Positions 63,486-63,794 of a stretch of DNA of 63,794 nt are shown in pieces. Source of the stretch: Fimbriiglobus sp. (GTDB taxonomy: Bacteria; Planctomycetota; Planctomycetia; Gemmatales; Gemmataceae). The notes under the pieces are model-generated. The model saw only the letters and a list, made by a program, of their open reading frames with translations, had not been told where the DNA came from and did no database searches. Within the stretch, counting starts at the first letter, position 1. Every line of letters begins with the position of its first letter. A program made the position numbers and the translations under genes. The stretch is from the NCBI GenBank assembly GCA_025352235.1, contig JANXTU010000403.1:1-63794 (forward strand), read 5' to 3'.

Positions 63486-63794
63486 ATGATGCACCCGCTG
63501 CCGACCGTTCCGATCCGCGGCGCTTGCCCGCACGATTGCCCCGATACCTGCAGTTGGATCGTCTCGGTCGATCCCGCAACGGGTCGCGCGGTCCGACTTC
63601 AAGGCGATTCAGCAAATCCATTCACCGACGGCTTCCTGTGTCAGAAGGTCGCCAATTACCTCGACCGCGTCTACCACCCCGAGCGATTGACGACCCCGCT
63701 GCGCCGCACCGGCCCCAAGGGGAGTGGACAGTTCGAACCGATGAGCTGGCCCGACGCCATCGCGGCCATCGCGGAGCAATTCAAAACAATCGCC
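63486..63794 (+). CDS. molybdopterin oxidoreductase, N-terminal 4Fe-4S domain (partial, runs off window end)
   Basis: My own translation gives [68 protein letters not shown]...; C-x3-C-x3-C...C is the MopB N-terminal Fe-S motif. The frame is open to the window end. Confidence 0.8.
   Translation, partial: MMHPLPTVPIRGACPHDCPDTCSWIVSVDPATGRAVRLQGDSANPFTDGFLCQKVANYLDRVYHPERLTTPLRRTGPKGSGQFEPMSWPDAIAAIAEQFKTIA

Noticed and set aside
1-63794. tRNA, rRNA, tmRNA or other structured RNA genes.
   Set aside because: I scanned by eye for T-arm-like GGTTCGAATCC / GGATTCGAACC strings and for long non-coding gaps. Every TTCGAA occurrence lies inside a coding context without tRNA-like flanks. The largest gaps are 348 bp, 266 bp and 249 bp. 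Nothing is supportable without a covariance-model search (tRNAscan-SE or Infernal), which should still be run.

Overview
This is a 63.8-kb, high-GC chromosomal segment. A hand-counted 100-nt housekeeping stretch gave 65% G+C. It looks planctomycetal, probably Gemmataceae-like, because it carries lineage markers: a PSCyt/DUF1549/DUF1553 protein, DUF1559 (H-X9-DG) proteins, two TIGR02996 'repeat-companion' LRR proteins, many signal-peptide proteins and tandem Ser/Thr kinases. All family calls come from motif recognition by eye; no searches were run.

I call 53 protein-coding genes on both strands, many joined by 1-4 nt start/stop overlaps, plus one frameshifted gene. I found no tRNA or rRNA, no CRISPR array and no clear IS element or prophage. 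Housekeeping anchors are thyX, pdxA, an LL-DAP-aminotransferase-like gene, der, gyrA, aat, argC and an rluA-family gene.

Most interesting observations:
1. Two translationally coupled giant envelope proteins (8976-17578) are built from three copies of one unrecognised unit.
2. A pore-less S1-S4 voltage-sensor-like membrane protein carries a C-terminal coiled coil (26737-27816).
3. Tandem DUF4190-DUF1559 fusions lack a prepilin leader and are coupled to pdxA.
4. argC is chained by overlapping stops and starts to two TIGR02996/LRR paralogs and a secreted protein.
5. A pair of ATP-grasp ligase genes is split by an Rpn-like nuclease gene.
6. A TPR-YggX fusion sits next to a Cys-rich PSP1/RicT-like protein.
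7. A split D-glutamate-cyclase-like operon includes two small unknown proteins.
8. Short intergenic palindromes and motifs recur upstream of the TolC-like gene and a kinase gene.

The many long antisense ORFs are treated as GC-driven shadow ORFs.
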